NCBI GenBank assembly: GCA_030390025.1
Contig: CM059431.1
Location: 138,696,001-138,760,000, forward strand
Direction: 5' to 3'
Origin: Squalus acanthias
Taxonomy: Eukaryota
DNA: 64,000 bases
Part shown: in pieces, positions 61,081 to 64,000 of the stretch
Numbering within the stretch: position 1 is the stretch's first letter
Layout: each line of letters opens with the position of its first letter
Position numbers and translations under genes: made by a program
Notes under the pieces: generated by a model
What the model was told of the DNA's origin: nothing
Seen by the model: the letters and a program-made list of their open reading frames with translations, nothing else
The model's database searches: none

Positions 61081-63145
61081 ATAAAACCATCGGGTAGAAT
61101 GAGAAACAATGGGAGTTTTTAATATGGAGATGTGTGAGCAAAAATAAAGGAATATTGAAGAGAAACAGGAGGCGGCTGCTAGCCAGTTATTGTCGGAACT
61201 GTTTTCCCAATCGGTAACTGCATTCGCTGAAGTTAATAGGAGAGGGTCTCTGTAGGTTATGGGGGATTATGTGGACACTTAGTGTGACATGGAGTACTTT
61301 GAATAGCTTTGATGTGTACTTTGTGGTGAGTGAGGAACCAGACATGTAGCAGGATGGAAAGGGAAGCAGGGAAGATAATCAGTTGCAGAAGAGATGGAAA
61401 GGGAAGGATAGGGAAGATCAGATATAGAGCCGGAGGTTGAACGGAAGCAGGGACTGAATCAGGAACCGTGCAGGAGAAAAGGAAGATAAAGGGGAGAATT
61501 AGGATTGTAGCAGGTGGGGGAGGGAAGTAAACATCAGGAAGAGAACAGGTGGGGAACCAGACATGAAGCACTGGAAGGAGCGGCACGGAGAAGGAGGAAG
61601 GGGAATCAGACACAGAGGAGTCGGCAGATATATTAGAACGTTTTATATTTATGTTAAATGCAAATTCTTATTCTGAAAATCATTAATTTTGCAGCGTGTC
61701 TCAGTCTCATAATGAATTGAATCCGCTGACAGATACTTATACAATGAAATGTAAAGATAAATTTATAACACCACTAATAAAAGTTAACTTGTAATGTTAC
61801 AAACCATTTTCCTGTGATCCGCAATCAGATCACTCCTGAGTTTAGGCTGCTCTGTCAAATTTATCCTTATTAAATCTCTATAAAGCTATTTGTTCATTTA
61901 TTTTATTACTAGTCTTATTATTCAAATCATTCAATTCTTACAGTCGAATATAGTCTTCAAGAGCGAGGACCGATGAAAAGTGATCATTTATTATTTATCC
62001 AGACCCAGTGAGTCCGTTGTAAGGTGACCTTGACCAACCTTCAATGGCCCAATACAGATTTTCACAGTTCACAGACTCTTCACATCACTGAAAAAACTTC
62101 ACCATAACTTCCACAATTATCTACCATCATCTTTTCCATAAGCCTTTTAGCTGATCTAATGGCAGCCTTCGTTTTCTTTAGTTGTTTCTTACACTCAACT
62201 CTGTTTAGCTCAGTGTTAGATGCCTTTAATTTTTGCAAACATGTTTGATTACATCCTATTTGTCTTTCTACCTGACACAATGCAGAAGCGCAATTCACAG
62301 AGTTCAGAGAATACAGAAGCTGCCGCAGCTGACCTGGGATTAACTGCATTGAAGTTGTGGGGAAATGATATAATTAGCGCTATATAACACCCTGAGGAAC
62401 ACAACACAATAAAAGTAATATTATCAATCAATTTGAACATGTTAGAATCAAAATAATGAAACAGAAATGTAACAAGTCCGGAAAAGATTCTATCTCACAG
62501 TTTTTAATGTGAGAACTAACGAGGGAAAAACCTTTTGAAGCACCTCGAGGCTGATATAGTCCAACTTGAACCACGTGGTACAGGTAGATGCAGTCGATAC
62601 CGTCGAGCAGTGGGAGGGGGCCGTTGTTTGTAAGGCCGACCAGCTATATAAAAATAAACAGTCCTTCCAGCTAAACAGTCTGTGGTAGAGTACTCAGGGA
62701 TATAAGTGAACACCTGTTACTGTTTATCAATAACTTAGGTTCTTCAGTGCCAGTGTTGTAGGATTGAAGGCAATCTCCCCTCCATAAAGGTTATATTTGT
62801 TTCCGGATGGAGAGCGGTGGAAAGAATGGGAAAGATGTCGCTATATTTGTAAAGGAAATTAACCGCTCTAGAAAACGCCGACGTCAGAAAATCAGTTACA
62901 GACTGAACTATTTGGATCCAGTCAGTTCAAGGTAACAATCCCAAATGAATCCCTCTCACCTGTTACAGTCCCCAGGACAAGGAGTCCTTTCTGACGAGGC
63001 ACTCTGAACACAAATTAATAAATATACTGGATGGGACTAGGTGCAGTTGGACCAGTAGACTGGCACTGGGCTAGCCCAAGGCGGGCTTTGCCCAATGTGA
63101 TAAAATGCAGCAAGCTTCACAACCGTCACTGACTGAGAGGCGAAA

Positions 63146-63218
63146 CCGGGACAGGAATCCATACCTGCACCGCCCAATGGATCAGAAGCGCAGCAGCTTA
63201 ACCACTTGGCCACCGTAA
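63146..63218 (-). pseudogene. Very degenerate tRNA-Ser-like sequence or SINE head
   Basis: Minus strand TTACGGTGGCCAAGTGGTTAAG...ATCCATTGGG...GCAGGT..GATTCCTGT resembles tRNA-Ser(CGA). Confidence 0.35.
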
Positions 63219-63557
63219 GTAAACTGAGATCAATTTGAAGTGGATGAGTGGAATGACTCCGGACTCGTCCAATGGAACCAGCACGAAATAATCTCTTCAA
63301 CTGTTTCCTCCCTTGTGAGGGCACAACTCCTATACGACTATAGAGATCATCCGCTCAAATAGAGATGTGTACAAAGTAGAATTAAATCATAATCCGGTTT
63401 TTTATTATCTCTAAAGCAATCAATGGCCTGCTATGGCCAAGAGTCCTGGGATGGCCATTGGATTGGGAAATGTCTGTATTATGGACGATTTTAGTTTCCT
63501 GACATTCTTTGTGAATCATCCGGCGCAGAGGCCACAACAGGCGAAAGGTTTTTTGAC

Positions 63558-64000
63558 GTTATTAAAGTTTGTGTCTTAACACAGCGATTTAGAGTCGAAA
63601 CTAGAGATAGTCCAAAAAAAGAAATCACACAGCAGGCGAGGATAGAGTTACTGTCAAAACAAATCAAGCAAAGAGCAGAAGTTCCGGGTATAAATTCTCA
63701 GCGAGATGTCGTCTGGACCACTCTATTACATCACGATCAATTCACCAGCAAGACGGGAATAAGAGTGCGTGCTCTGCGAAAAGTTACAGTCAAACCTTGA
63801 ACATCCCTCAGGCTGTAGAAAGCCTACTTCTGTCCAATCCTGCCCAGTGTCCATCGAGCCTGGCGCGCCCTGATTCAGACACACATCAAAGGGCCGCAAA
63901 TTATCGAAAACCGAGCTAAAAAAGTCTCCCTTGCTATATTTGCTGAGACTGTCTGCAAATCTGTGGAATCCAAACCACGGAAATAAAGCACTTTAGACTC
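63558..64000 (+). repeat. Repeat copy 2 (matches 57242-57720; runs off the window)
   Basis: Collinear with the sequence right of the 3' LTR. Confidence 0.88.

Noticed and set aside
61257..61620. 118-aa hydrophobic, Pro-rich ORF
   Set aside because: Product of a purine-rich low-complexity tract read on the pyrimidine strand

Overview
Repeat-dense vertebrate genomic DNA, almost certainly from a cartilaginous fish (shark-type CR1/HER1 LINEs, HE1-like V-SINEs and a Deu-domain SINE). The only intact host protein-coding gene is a two-exon GPR139/GPR142-like class A GPCR on the minus strand (35833-34113). The first 28 kb holds a decayed RNA polymerase III cluster: six tRNA pseudogenes, an apparently intact vault RNA gene (16920-16834, minus) and a truncated duplicate of it, interspersed with LINEs, SINEs, a MITE-like element and local duplications. 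A 26-bp minisatellite (36.3-46.1 kb) hosts nested Penelope and CR1 insertions. The most notable feature is an 11.2-kb LTR-bounded, defective endogenous retrovirus-like element (46071-57241). It has in-frame gag-UGA-pol, a retroviral tether plus RNase H arrangement, and a frameshifted env that combines an Ig V-set-like domain with a Mononegavirales-F-like fusion module. This is consistent with a lokiretrovirus-like lineage. All family assignments are by eye from remembered motifs; no searches were run.
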